From Terriglobia bacterium (lineage in GTDB: Bacteria; Acidobacteriota; Terriglobia; UBA7540), in the NCBI GenBank assembly GCA_035501695.1, contig DATJVT010000240.1:1389-65388 (forward strand): 64,000 bases of DNA. Direction: 5' to 3'. The translations under genes and the position numbers were made by a program. A model generated the notes under the pieces. It ran no database searches and was not told the origin of the DNA. It saw only the letters and a list, made by a program, of their open reading frames with translations. This document shows, one piece after another, positions 10,074 through 19,593 of the stretch. Every line of letters starts with the position of its first letter. Position 1 is the first letter of the stretch.

Positions 10074-11888
10074 TCACTTGGACGGTTTGGCCCCCCGCGC
10101 GCGTGCCGCGCCGGACTTGTCACCGGCGGCTTCGAGCGCCCTTGCCTCGGCATCATAGGCCTGGAAATAGCTCGGATCAACCTCTCGCGCGGTGTGAAAC
10201 TCTTCCGCCGCCTGATTGGGTTGGTTAAGCTTCAGCCAACAGGTCCCGAGAAAAAATCGCGCCTCGACATCTTCCGGAGTGATCTGCACGACGCGCATGA
10301 AGTATTTCGCCGCCAGGTCATAATGGCCCTGCGGAAAATAGAGAACGCCGAGCGCCCGATAGGCCGGGCTAAGGCCGGGGGCGAGACGGACGGCCTTTTG
10401 GAAGTAGGCGACGGCGTCATTGGGGTGGCCCTTCATCAGGGCGATACGGCCCAAGCCCAGGTCGCATTCGTAGATCATACCTGCCGTGGGGTTGAAGCTC
10501 GCCTGGTTCAGCCGCAGGGCGGTCTTGTATTCCCGCTCCGCCCCGTCGAGGTCGCCTTTTTGGTTTTCCAGAATCGTTCCCTGATACATGTGCGCCAGGG
10601 CTGAGTCCGGAGCGGCTTTCGTGGTGTGGCTCCAGAGCGCCGCGTCATCGTACCAGTTGGGGATATTGCGACAGTCCTGGATGGTCCACAACCCCAGCAG
10701 CACCACTAAAGCCGGCGCCAGCCCGCGCAAGGGGGCGCGGCGTGGCCAGAGCCGGGGCGCCAGATCCAAGCCCAGGTAAGCCAAAGTGAGGCACGGCCCG
10801 ATGGAAGGTATGTACGAGAACCGGTCCGCCATGGGAAGGCCAATGACCTGCCGGACGTCCAGGCAAGGCAAAAGCGTCAAAGCCCACCAGACGATGAGGA
10901 ATCCGCATACCGGCTGCCGCCTGCGCAGGAGGAAAGCCGCCAGTATGCCCATCAACACGAGCCAAGGCCAGGGTGAGCGCAGACTGGCCGACAAATCAAA
11001 TGTACGGGCCAGGTTCAAATCGACAGGCCAAAAGAAAAGCCGGGCGTGGTTGCCAACGATTCCCAGGGCCGTTCCGGCCAGGTGCAGCGGGGATTTGCCA
11101 AGGGGCGCAGCCGCTGAGAAGTGGCCGAGTGCCGCGGTGCGCGCCACGATGTATCCGGCCACCGCCAGCGCGTAAGGCGTCCAACGCACGATACGGCGGG
11201 ACCACGGTTGCGCGGACCCGAGGAAAAACCAATACGCGATGACCAGGAGCGGAAAGCTGAGCGCCGTCTCTTTAAAGAAGAGGGCAGGGAAGTATACCAA
11301 GGCCGCCAGCGCATTGCGGGTGATGGGGTGGTCGCCTTTCTGCTCGGCCCACAGGAAGCAGGCGAATCCCCCCACCATGAAAAAAGCCGCCCCAGCGTCG
11401 GGAAGGGCGGAAACCCACGCCAACACTTCCACGTGCAAAGGGTGCAGAGCCCAGAGTAACGCTCCCGTGAAGGCGGCCAAATCGTTCCCCAGCAAGCGGC
11501 GTCCCAGGAGGAAAAGCAACCACACGGTGGCCGCGCACAGGGTGAGATGAAACAGATGAAAAACCTGGGGGTTCAGCCCGGCCAGCCGATCCAGCGCCCA
11601 GTAACAGAGGAATTGGAGTGGCCGGTAATAATTGGCGTGCGTCGCGGGTCCGCGAAAGGGATCTATGGCGCCCTGGAAGATCTGGCGCCAGTAGTGCCGT
11701 GTCGCCAGATAGGGATTGAGAAGAATCTGCGGAATGTCGTCAAAGACGAAACTTGCGGCCAAGGCGCGCCGGTAAACCAGGAAGGTAACAAGGACCAGCA
11801 ATCCGCCGGCGCAGCGCGGATGCCGGCCCACAAGTTCGTTCCCGTGTTTCAGCCAAACTGCCGGTTCGTAATTCCTCTCCACCTGCAC
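10074..11888 (-). CDS. TMTC/DUF1736-like polytopic membrane protein with C-terminal TPR repeats (putative GT-C glycosyltransferase), paralog 1
   Basis: 604 aa. Contains the motifs FVFDDIPQILLNPY, YYRPLQF and ALHPLHVEVLAWVSA, about 10 TM segments, then TPR repeats. The GTG start at 11888 directly abuts the stop of the upstream paralog. Confidence 0.8.
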   Translation of the reverse strand: MQVERNYEPAVWLKHGNELVGRHPRCAGGLLVLVTFLVYRRALAASFVFDDIPQILLNPYLATRHYWRQIFQGAIDPFRGPATHANYYRPLQFLCYWALDRLAGLNPQVFHLFHLTLCAATVWLLFLLGRRLLGNDLAAFTGALLWALHPLHVEVLAWVSALPDAGAAFFMVGGFACFLWAEQKGDHPITRNALAALVYFPALFFKETALSFPLLVIAYWFFLGSAQPWSRRIVRWTPYALAVAGYIVARTAALGHFSAAAPLGKSPLHLAGTALGIVGNHARLFFWPVDLNLARTFDLSASLRSPWPWLVLMGILAAFLLRRRQPVCGFLIVWWALTLLPCLDVRQVIGLPMADRFSYIPSIGPCLTLAYLGLDLAPRLWPRRAPLRGLAPALVVLLGLWTIQDCRNIPNWYDDAALWSHTTKAAPDSALAHMYQGTILENQKGDLDGAEREYKTALRLNQASFNPTAGMIYECDLGLGRIALMKGHPNDAVAYFQKAVRLAPGLSPAYRALGVLYFPQGHYDLAAKYFMRVVQITPEDVEARFFLGTCWLKLNQPNQAAEEFHTAREVDPSYFQAYDAEARALEAAGDKSGAARARGAKPSK

Positions 11889-13691
11889 CTATTCCCCTTG
11901 ATGGCCGGCCAACAATCGCCGGACCTCCGCTGCGCCGGATTTGTCACCGGCGGTCTCCAGGGCCATGGCTTCTGCCATGTAGGCTTCCCTGAACTCCGGG
12001 TCCACCTCGCGCGCCGCGCGGAATTGTCCCGCGGCTTCCCGCGGCTTGTCGAGTTTCAACAGACAGGTACCGAGGTAAAACCGGGAGCCCATTTCCATGG
12101 GCGTGGCCCGCACCGCCCGGCGGAAATACTCCGCCGCCCGGGCATAGTCGCCGCGGGGAAAGTAATACGATCCCAAAACATTGTAAGCGAAGCTGAAATT
12201 CGGCAGCAGGTGGACGGCCTTATTGAAGTAGTCGAGGGCCTCGGCGTCCCGGCCCTGGAGCTGTGCGACTTGGCCCAGGCCGATGTATGAATCGTAATCC
12301 ACGGGCAAAATTGGACGGATGCTCTGCGCGTTCAACTCCAATGCCGTACGGAATTCGCGTGCGGCGCCCTCCAGGTCGTGATCACGCAGTTGCAAGGTCG
12401 CTCCATGGGATACGTGCGCCAGGGCGGCGTTGGGAGAAACCCGGAGCGAGTACTCCAGCAGCGTGTCGTTATTCCCCCAGCGCGGCATGGCGCGCAAAAT
12501 CAGGCTCGCCCAGAATGCCCCCAGCACCAGCAACGCGCCGAGGACCGCCGGAGCAAGAACCAACATCGGGTAGCGCCGCGGTGCAACGACGAAAGCCAGG
12601 TATCCGAGCGCCAGACAAAGGCCTACGGACGGCAAATAGGAGAATTGATCCTCCACAAACGGAAAACTTAGCTGGCGATAATCGAGGCAAGGGAGGAGCA
12701 GGACTAGCCACCAGAGCACCAGGAAGCTCAAAAGGGGTTGGCGCTTTCGCCCCGCCACCGCCAGCGCGAGAACCAGCAGCACGATCCAGGGCCAAGGCGA
12801 CTCCAGGCTCGCGGCCAGCCGAAAATCGCGAAATTCGGTAAGGCCAACGGGCCAGATAAAAACCTTGGCGTGCTCCCCCAATAAGCCGATCGCCACCCAG
12901 GCTACCCGCGGCTTGAACTCATGAAAAAGCGATCTCCCTGCGAAACGGCCCATGGCTGCCACACGGATCGCCGCGCACGCCGCCATGGCCGTCGCGTAGG
13001 GAAGCCAGTGTAGCGCCCGCATTGTCCACGAAACTCCTCCGGAAAAACAGAACCAATAAGCCAGGATAAGGAGGGGAAAGGTGAACGCGAGTTCCTTGCA
13101 GAACAACGCTGGGGCAAAAACCGCCGCCGCCAGGATGTGATGCCGGAGGGCCGGGGGTGATTGCGCTTCCGCCCGCAGGAAGAACCAGAATCCCAGCAGA
13201 CAGAAAAACCCGCAGGCAATGTCCGGGATCGCGGACGCCCATGCCACCGGCTCAACGTGCGCGGGATGCAGCGCCCACAGCAATGCGCCCCCGAATGCCG
13301 CCAGGTCGGTGGGGAGTAGCTTCCGTCCTACCTGGTACACCATGAATACGGCCAGGACGTACAGGAAGAGCTGGAAGAAATGGTAGCCGACGGGATTCAG
13401 TCCCCCCACCCGGCAGATCAGCCAGAACATAAAGATGCCAAGAGGGCGGTAATAACTGCTTTCCCCCGCGTGCCCGAGGAACGCCCACATCGGCGTGGTA
13501 AAAATATCTTTCCACAGGTGCGGGTTCTTGACATAAGGGTTCTGCAGGATCAGAGCGGTGTCGTCCAGGACATAACCGCAAGCCAGGACGCCACGGTAGA
13601 AAACCACGGCCGCCAGGATGAGCAACCAGTTCGCCGCGGCGGGGTATTTCTTGAGAAGACCATCCAGACGATTTAACAAGGTTCCATTCAC
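11889..13691 (-). CDS. TMTC/DUF1736-like membrane TPR protein, paralog 2
   Basis: 600 aa with YVLDDTALILQNPY, YYRPLGI and ALHPAHVEPVAWASA. The C-terminal TPR tail ...AEAMALETAGDKSGAAEV parallels that of paralogs 1 and 4. Confidence 0.8.
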   Translation of the reverse strand: MNGTLLNRLDGLLKKYPAAANWLLILAAVVFYRGVLACGYVLDDTALILQNPYVKNPHLWKDIFTTPMWAFLGHAGESSYYRPLGIFMFWLICRVGGLNPVGYHFFQLFLYVLAVFMVYQVGRKLLPTDLAAFGGALLWALHPAHVEPVAWASAIPDIACGFFCLLGFWFFLRAEAQSPPALRHHILAAAVFAPALFCKELAFTFPLLILAYWFCFSGGVSWTMRALHWLPYATAMAACAAIRVAAMGRFAGRSLFHEFKPRVAWVAIGLLGEHAKVFIWPVGLTEFRDFRLAASLESPWPWIVLLVLALAVAGRKRQPLLSFLVLWWLVLLLPCLDYRQLSFPFVEDQFSYLPSVGLCLALGYLAFVVAPRRYPMLVLAPAVLGALLVLGAFWASLILRAMPRWGNNDTLLEYSLRVSPNAALAHVSHGATLQLRDHDLEGAAREFRTALELNAQSIRPILPVDYDSYIGLGQVAQLQGRDAEALDYFNKAVHLLPNFSFAYNVLGSYYFPRGDYARAAEYFRRAVRATPMEMGSRFYLGTCLLKLDKPREAAGQFRAAREVDPEFREAYMAEAMALETAGDKSGAAEVRRLLAGHQGE

Positions 13692-13698
13692 CTGGCTT

Positions 13699-15984
13699 TC
13701 ATTTTGAAGATGGCTTTACCGCATCGGCGTGGCCTCGTGCTTCGTACATTTCGGCCAGTCGGGCCAGGAGCGCCGCATCATTCGGAGTCAGTTCTACCGC
13801 CTGCTTTTGATACTCGATGGCGCGCTCGACGTCGCCCTGGCTCAGCCAGACTCGCGCCCGCCCCGCCGCCACACGCGCATAAAATGCGCTTCCCCACCCA
13901 GTGCCCCGAGGGTAGGGACTGAGGCGGTCCGCCCTCGTGAAGGCCTCCAGGGCCTCCCGGCGCCGTCCCATCTGGGCATAAAGCTCTCCCAGTTCGAGGT
14001 ATCGGTCACCCGCCTGAAAGGAGAGTTCGGCGGCATGGGTTAGAGCTCGCGCCGCCTCTTCATCGCGCCTCGTGCCGGCATAAAGCCGGCCCAGCAGATA
14101 CCAGCCCATGTCCGTCGGGCGAAGCTCGACGGAGGCGCGAAATTCCTGCTCCGCCAAATCGGGGCGATTATAAGCCTGCATGATCTGGCCGAGGATCAAA
14201 TGCAGATTACTGTCGTCGGGAAAAATCCTCGCGGCAGATCGCAGGTCCTCAAGAGCTTCCTGCCCCCGGCCGAGCACGTAAAGCACCGACCCGGCATTGG
14301 CGTAAAAGTTGTAGAGTTCCGCTGTGCGGCGCGCGCCTGGGCCCGTCGCCGCCGCGGGCGGAGGGTCAAGCCGGACCGTCGCACAATCGATCTGGAGGCG
14401 GTTGATCCAAGCGGCATTCTCCGGCCGGTTGCGGACGAAGATGGCCGCCACCTCATCCAGGTAGACGGGACGCCAGGCGCTGCTAGCGCAGAATTGTTGG
14501 AGCGGAAAGTTCCCCAGGCCTCCGTAACGCGCTACCGAAACCAAAATCGTGTTGATGTTGCGAAGCCCGGCTTCCTGCTGCCATTCCGGCGACTCCGGCT
14601 CCTGCCGCATCAGTTCCTGTTGGTGGGAAAGGAAGGCGGCTCCAAACGGGATCAGCCTGCCATCGGCATAATCGGGGTACCCAGGACCGATGCGCCAAGT
14701 GAGATAACCACCCAGGTTATAATCATTGAAGATATTACGCGGCAGGTGTTCCCGAAGCAGGAAAGCGGTGGCCCGCTCGGGATACCACCAGGATACGCCG
14801 GGGCCAAAAAGGGAAAGCTGGCCCGCGAACAGATAATAGTGGTTCCAAATCAGGTCTCCGCCTCGTATCAATACCAGCAGTAGCGCTCCTCCCAGCAGGA
14901 GCAGTCGCACCAAACCCGCGGATCCCAGTGAGCCTTGGCCGAGACCCGCGTCGATGCGGTGCCGCGCCTTCGCAGCCCATTCCGGCCATGCCAGACCCGA
15001 AAAAGTCGCCCCTCCCAGGGTCACGGTCAGGCAGGCGAACAGACCCTCGTAACGCAAATGAGCAAGCGATAGATAAGTGGCCGCCGAGAGGATGACAGCC
15101 GCGCCCAACTGTTTTCGCCAGAGCAAGAGCAGGGCCGCAGCGACCGCCGCACCAGCCAACCACCAGTAACTGCTGTCCGGATCGTGCCAACTAAAAGCGC
15201 CGCTTAAGTTGGCGAGGCTGGTGGACCGCCCCAACCAGTGGGAGATGAAACCACCCAGGTCTCGCATGCTTCTTTCCTGGCGGACAATCGCCACATAGAT
15301 GCGCGGCCCCCAGGGATTCACCAAGGTTGCCATAAGAGTTGCGAGAAGCCAGGGAGAGGTCCCACGCAGGCGATCCCAAGCTGCGCTTCGGCGGCCGGCG
15401 AAGGGCATCTCCAGCAACTCGAGCAGCACATAGGCCCCCATAAGCGCCAAGCCCGCAATAAAGCCCAGGTGCAGGTTCACCCAGGTCAGCATGAGCACAG
15501 GAAGTGGCCAGAGGGGGGCACGTTCGTCCTGGAATCGCCGCCACAAGATGGCCAGAAAAGCGGCAAAGAGGACCGTGGTAAACAACTCGGCGCGTGTGGT
15601 CGTAGCGTAACTGACAGCCGGCACGGCCACCACGGCCAGGGCGGCCGTACAAGCGCTGTTCCGTCGCAAAAGCAGGGCTGTAGTTGCCACGCAGGCTATT
15701 GCACTCAGCCAGGAGAGCGCGGCGAAACCACCGACCGCATAAACGACGTACAGCAACACGCCGGAAAAAGGCGGGTAAACCCATTCCTTTCCCTGTGCGG
15801 TATAGGAGAAAACATCCGCGCGAGGAATCGGATGGTGTTGGAGAAGATATCGCCCCGTGGCAAGCTGCCAACCCAGATCGAAATCCGCCACCGTCCGTAA
15901 CCCCGCGAGCAGGGCATAGAACAAGGCCAGGACCATCAGCGCCTTGACAACATACAGGCGCAGCTTGGCAGACGACAATTCCAT
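13699..15984 (-). CDS. Large polytopic membrane protein with C-terminal TPR repeats (different N-terminal family; GT-C-like, function unknown)
   Basis: ORF 13699..16017; the start is ATG 15984 or ATG 16017. It has more than 10 TM helices and DFDLGWQLATGRYLL near the first loop. The C-terminal third is TPR-rich (...LGRLYAGTRRDEEAARAL..., ...ERAIEYQKQAVELTPNDA...). Confidence 0.65.
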   Translation of the reverse strand: MELSSAKLRLYVVKALMVLALFYALLAGLRTVADFDLGWQLATGRYLLQHHPIPRADVFSYTAQGKEWVYPPFSGVLLYVVYAVGGFAALSWLSAIACVATTALLLRRNSACTAALAVVAVPAVSYATTTRAELFTTVLFAAFLAILWRRFQDERAPLWPLPVLMLTWVNLHLGFIAGLALMGAYVLLELLEMPFAGRRSAAWDRLRGTSPWLLATLMATLVNPWGPRIYVAIVRQERSMRDLGGFISHWLGRSTSLANLSGAFSWHDPDSSYWWLAGAAVAAALLLLWRKQLGAAVILSAATYLSLAHLRYEGLFACLTVTLGGATFSGLAWPEWAAKARHRIDAGLGQGSLGSAGLVRLLLLGGALLLVLIRGGDLIWNHYYLFAGQLSLFGPGVSWWYPERATAFLLREHLPRNIFNDYNLGGYLTWRIGPGYPDYADGRLIPFGAAFLSHQQELMRQEPESPEWQQEAGLRNINTILVSVARYGGLGNFPLQQFCASSAWRPVYLDEVAAIFVRNRPENAAWINRLQIDCATVRLDPPPAAATGPGARRTAELYNFYANAGSVLYVLGRGQEALEDLRSAARIFPDDSNLHLILGQIMQAYNRPDLAEQEFRASVELRPTDMGWYLLGRLYAGTRRDEEAARALTHAAELSFQAGDRYLELGELYAQMGRRREALEAFTRADRLSPYPRGTGWGSAFYARVAAGRARVWLSQGDVERAIEYQKQAVELTPNDAALLARLAEMYEARGHADAVKPSSK

Positions 15985-16088
15985 GAAACGTCCCGAGGCT
16001 CGCCGGTCCGCCCGCATTTCGCAGGGAGGAACTTCACTTCCGGGGCCCGACAGCCCGCACTATACACCCCTGGAAGCGTCCCCACGCA

Positions 16089-17870
16089 CTAATCTGCCTT
16101 AGGGGTCGATGCCCGGACGCGCGCCGCCTCCGCCTTGTCCCCCGCCGCATCGAGTGCCCGCGCCTCCGCCTGGAAGGCCTCCCGGTAAGTTGCATCCACT
16201 TCGTGTGCCGCATGGAATTGCCTGGCGGCCTGGCTCGGTTGGCCAAGTTTCAGATAACATGTTCCCAGATAAAAGCGAGTTTCCGGTTCGTTGGGATTCA
16301 AAGCCACCGCCTTCTCAAAGAATCGGCTGGCCTGGGCGTAGTCTGCGCGCGGGAAATAGACAAGGCCGAGAGATTTGTAGGCGAGGCTGAAACCGGGTAC
16401 GGCGCGAAGTGCCTGGTTGTAATCGTCGATGGCCTCTTGCGTCCGGCCCTGGAAGCTCGCCACTTCACCCAACAGCACATTGCACTCCGCAGTAATCCCG
16501 GGCAGGGGCCGCGCGCTGGCCGCATTGAGCTTAAGCGCCATGCGGTACTCGGCCGCCGCCGCATCCATCTTCCCGTCCCGCTGCTGGAGCAGGGCGCCGC
16601 GCAGCATGCGGGCCACCGGCGAATCCGGCGAGGCGACATAGGCCTGATCCCACAGGGCGACATTATCGCGCCAGTGCGGGACGGTGCGCACGTCCTGCAC
16701 TACCCAAAGCGCCATCAGGACGCCCGCCGCTGCAACCAGAGCGGGCGCGGTTTTCGGGTGGGGCACGCGGCAGGGTAGCCATACCAAGGCCATGTATGCA
16801 AGGGCCAAGCACGGGCCCACCGTGGGCAGCAGCGAGAAGCGATCCGCCACCGCCGAGTTCACCTGGCGGAAGTCCAGGCAGGGCAACAGCGTCACTCCCC
16901 ACCAGATGATCAGGAATCCCGGCAAGGGCTGCCGTTTGCGCATGAGTACCGCAGCTGCGAGAGCCACAAGCGCCACCGCCGGCCACACCGAATGCACGCT
17001 TTTGGCCAAATCAAAGGAACGGAATAACGACAGGTGGGCCGGCCAGAAGAAGAGCCGGGCGTGCTGGCCCAACAGTGCCACCGCCACCACCCCCACCCGC
17101 CAGAGAGGATGCAGCAGGTCCGGCGCTTCCGAAAAACGGCCCAGCACCGCAATGCGAATAGCGGCATAGACCGCCACGATGCCCGCGTAAATCAATCCCT
17201 GCAATATTCTGCTCTTCCAGGGATGCCTTCCAGGAAAGTAAAACCAATAGGCCAAAATGAGGATGGGGAAGGAAAGGGCCATTTCCTTGAAAAACATGGC
17301 GGAAAAGAATGCAAGGGCAGCCAGGAGGTGGTGGCCCACGCCCAGGCCGGAGGACTTCTCTGCTCGCAGAAACAGAACGAAACCGAGCACATAGAAGAAT
17401 GCCGAACCCAGGTCGGGGAGGGCCGAGATCCAGGCAACGGTCTCCACATGCAAAGGGTGCAAAGCCCAAAGCAGAGCTCCCACAAATGCCACCAGGTGGC
17501 TCGGCAGGAGTTCGCATCCCAGACGGAAAACCAGCCATACGGCGGCGGCATAAAAGAGCAGCATAAAAAGGTGGAAGATGACCGGGTCGGGACCCTTCAC
17601 GCGATACAAAGCCCAGTAAACGATGAACTGCAAGGGCCGATACATATTGTCGTGCTGCGCCGGACCGCGAAATGACCAGACTGACCCCGTAAAGATGCGC
17701 GTCCAAAGGCCGGCATTGTGCACGTAAGGGTTTTCGAGAACCTGAGGGATATCGTCGTGCACCAGCAGGTTGGCAAGTGTTCCGCCAAAGACTACATATG
17801 TCGTGAGAAACAATGACCCGCCCGCCAGACGCGGGTGCCTTTGCAGCCACTGATTGCACTGGTCAAGCAA
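16089..17870 (-). CDS. TMTC/DUF1736-like membrane TPR protein, paralog 3
   Basis: 593 aa with LVHDDIPQVLENPY, MYRPLQF, ALHPLHVETVAWISA and the tail ...AEARALDAAGDKAEAARV. Confidence 0.8.
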   Translation of the reverse strand: MLDQCNQWLQRHPRLAGGSLFLTTYVVFGGTLANLLVHDDIPQVLENPYVHNAGLWTRIFTGSVWSFRGPAQHDNMYRPLQFIVYWALYRVKGPDPVIFHLFMLLFYAAAVWLVFRLGCELLPSHLVAFVGALLWALHPLHVETVAWISALPDLGSAFFYVLGFVLFLRAEKSSGLGVGHHLLAALAFFSAMFFKEMALSFPILILAYWFYFPGRHPWKSRILQGLIYAGIVAVYAAIRIAVLGRFSEAPDLLHPLWRVGVVAVALLGQHARLFFWPAHLSLFRSFDLAKSVHSVWPAVALVALAAAVLMRKRQPLPGFLIIWWGVTLLPCLDFRQVNSAVADRFSLLPTVGPCLALAYMALVWLPCRVPHPKTAPALVAAAGVLMALWVVQDVRTVPHWRDNVALWDQAYVASPDSPVARMLRGALLQQRDGKMDAAAAEYRMALKLNAASARPLPGITAECNVLLGEVASFQGRTQEAIDDYNQALRAVPGFSLAYKSLGLVYFPRADYAQASRFFEKAVALNPNEPETRFYLGTCYLKLGQPSQAARQFHAAHEVDATYREAFQAEARALDAAGDKAEAARVRASTPKAD

Positions 17871-18045
17871 GAGCCAACCTCATATCAAGAATCTATACAA
17901 TGACGGCGCCCGGTGGCGGCACCGGAGCGGTCCGGATGAAACCATCGAAAAATCCGGGGTGATTATAACTACATATGACAAGGCAGCAAAGGCACTTTGG
18001 TACCGGGTGCTATCGCGTGTCGCTTCCGCCGGGCGGCTGGGGCAG

Positions 18046-18054
18046 TGCTATAAT
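18046..18054 (+). promoter_or_regulatory. Candidate extended -10 promoter (TGcTATAAT) upstream of the plus-strand membrane protein gene
   Basis: gTGcTATAAT sits at 18046-18054 in the 310-nt divergent intergenic region. No good -35 was seen. Confidence 0.3.
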
Positions 18055-18180
18055 TCCGCGCCCGAACCACGAGGGCACTGGGACCCCAGGCAGGGCAGAA
18101 CGTAAGCTCGCCCGAGGTCAGGGATCCGATTCCCCCCTGGGGATGGAAGCAGGCCGCCGTCCGTCATAGTATCGAGATGC

Positions 18181-19593
18181 ATGAAGGCCGTCCTCGCGCG
18201 AGGGTTGGTTATGCCGAAACCAAGTGACAAATTCGCCCCATACGCCGTAGTGCTGCTGATCTTGGGCGGGTTGGCCCGTTTCCCGATGATGATCCTGTTG
18301 CGCCACACTTCCTTCCTGGTCTATTGCGATAATTCCTATCTGCAGGCGGGGCAAGCGATGCTGCAACTCGACTTTCATGCCCTGGGTATGCGCACCCCGG
18401 TCTATCCGTTCCTGCTTGCCCTTTGCGGACTCCGCCCCGGATGGATCTGGTTTGCGCAATCGCTGCTGGGAATGGCGGCGAGCTTAATGATCTTCGATAT
18501 GGTCTTTCGCCGCACGGGTCACGCCCTCTATGCTCTGCTGGTCGGGCTTGTCTGCAGCCTTACCCCGGAGGTTCTGACCTATGAGTCCTCGGTCATGTCT
18601 GAAGCTCTGACGAGCTTCCTCCTGGTGTCCTCATTCTGGCTCATTACCCGGGAAGAAACGGCGGGGGAGCCGAGAAGGCTGTACCTTTTCGCGCTGGGCT
18701 CGACCATAGCATTGACTGCATTGACGCGTCCCCTCATGGTGTGCCTGGTTCCCGTGTATTATTGCTTCCTGGTACCGCCTTGGCCACCGGGAAGAATCCT
18801 GCAACGCGAGTTTTTGAAGCGAACGCTGTACTTTGCGCTTCCGGCCACCCTCGGGATCATGGGATGGTGCGGATTCAACTACGTCGTCAACGGATACTTC
18901 AGTCCTTCCACGCGCTCTGGGGGCAACCTGATGGACCAGGTGGATGCCTACGTTGAGCTGGCGCCCGAGCGCTTCGCGAACCTGCGAGACGCCTGGATAC
19001 ACTCCCGCCAAAGAGTAAACGGAGGCAGCGTCAATGTCTGCGCCATCGGTGTCTATGGGGACGTCGTGGCGGAGATGCAAAGGCGAACCGGGAAAACGGA
19101 AGCCCAAACCTCCCATGAGTTCGCGGCGCTCGCCCTATATCTCCAGGTCCATCATCCCCTGCTTTGCCTGCGCCGGGCGGAACAAGGCTGGATGCAGTTC
19201 TGGGGCGCGCCCACGCGCGATGAAATCGAGTGGCCACAGGGCAACACATTTAGCCTCGGAGAGTTTCTCATGACCCTGATCGGCTTCCTGATCCGCCAGG
19301 TCGAAGCCGTCTTTCTGGTTCTGGCCTTGCTCTCCATCCCTTGTGTGCTGTTTTACCAGAAGGTATTCACCAGAATTGAGTATCTGGCCTTCGCCGTTAC
19401 CTTGTGGGTTTCGGCGTTTGCGGCGTTCACGGAGTTTGGAGAAAACCGGCGGTTCTGCGTGCCCTTTTACATGCTGATTGTATACATACTCATGACGCGG
19501 GCCTGGGTGTGGATTACGGCGCCGGGTGGTCCAACGCCTCCAACTGTTGGCGGGCAACGATGTTCTCCGGATGGTACTGAAGCTCCAGACTGA
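18181..19593 (+). CDS. Polytopic membrane protein, ArnT/PMT-like (putative GT-C glycosyltransferase, no TPR domain)
   Basis: 470 aa with about 10 predicted TM helices and one large loop. It is the only plus-strand gene in the cluster. The start could also be the ATG of MPKPSDK at 18211. Its 3' end overlaps the convergent gene by 80 nt. Confidence 0.55.
   Translation: MKAVLARGLVMPKPSDKFAPYAVVLLILGGLARFPMMILLRHTSFLVYCDNSYLQAGQAMLQLDFHALGMRTPVYPFLLALCGLRPGWIWFAQSLLGMAASLMIFDMVFRRTGHALYALLVGLVCSLTPEVLTYESSVMSEALTSFLLVSSFWLITREETAGEPRRLYLFALGSTIALTALTRPLMVCLVPVYYCFLVPPWPPGRILQREFLKRTLYFALPATLGIMGWCGFNYVVNGYFSPSTRSGGNLMDQVDAYVELAPERFANLRDAWIHSRQRVNGGSVNVCAIGVYGDVVAEMQRRTGKTEAQTSHEFAALALYLQVHHPLLCLRRAEQGWMQFWGAPTRDEIEWPQGNTFSLGEFLMTLIGFLIRQVEAVFLVLALLSIPCVLFYQKVFTRIEYLAFAVTLWVSAFAAFTEFGENRRFCVPFYMLIVYILMTRAWVWITAPGGPTPPTVGGQRCSPDGTEAPD

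Noticed and set aside
9230-10180. Full-length 316-aa version of the SDR ORF
   Set aside because: The first 48 codons are Arg/Pro-rich, overlap the 3' end of the upstream TMTC-like gene and precede the Rossmann motif. ATG 10036 gives a standard SDR N-terminus.
17011-17859. 282-aa minus-strand ORF and other long alternative-frame ORFs inside the TMTC-like genes (for example 15191..15871 and 20280..20951)
   Set aside because: They are off-frame overlaps of clearly homologous membrane-protein genes. Their composition (Arg/Gly/Pro-rich) is typical of out-of-frame translation in high-GC DNA.
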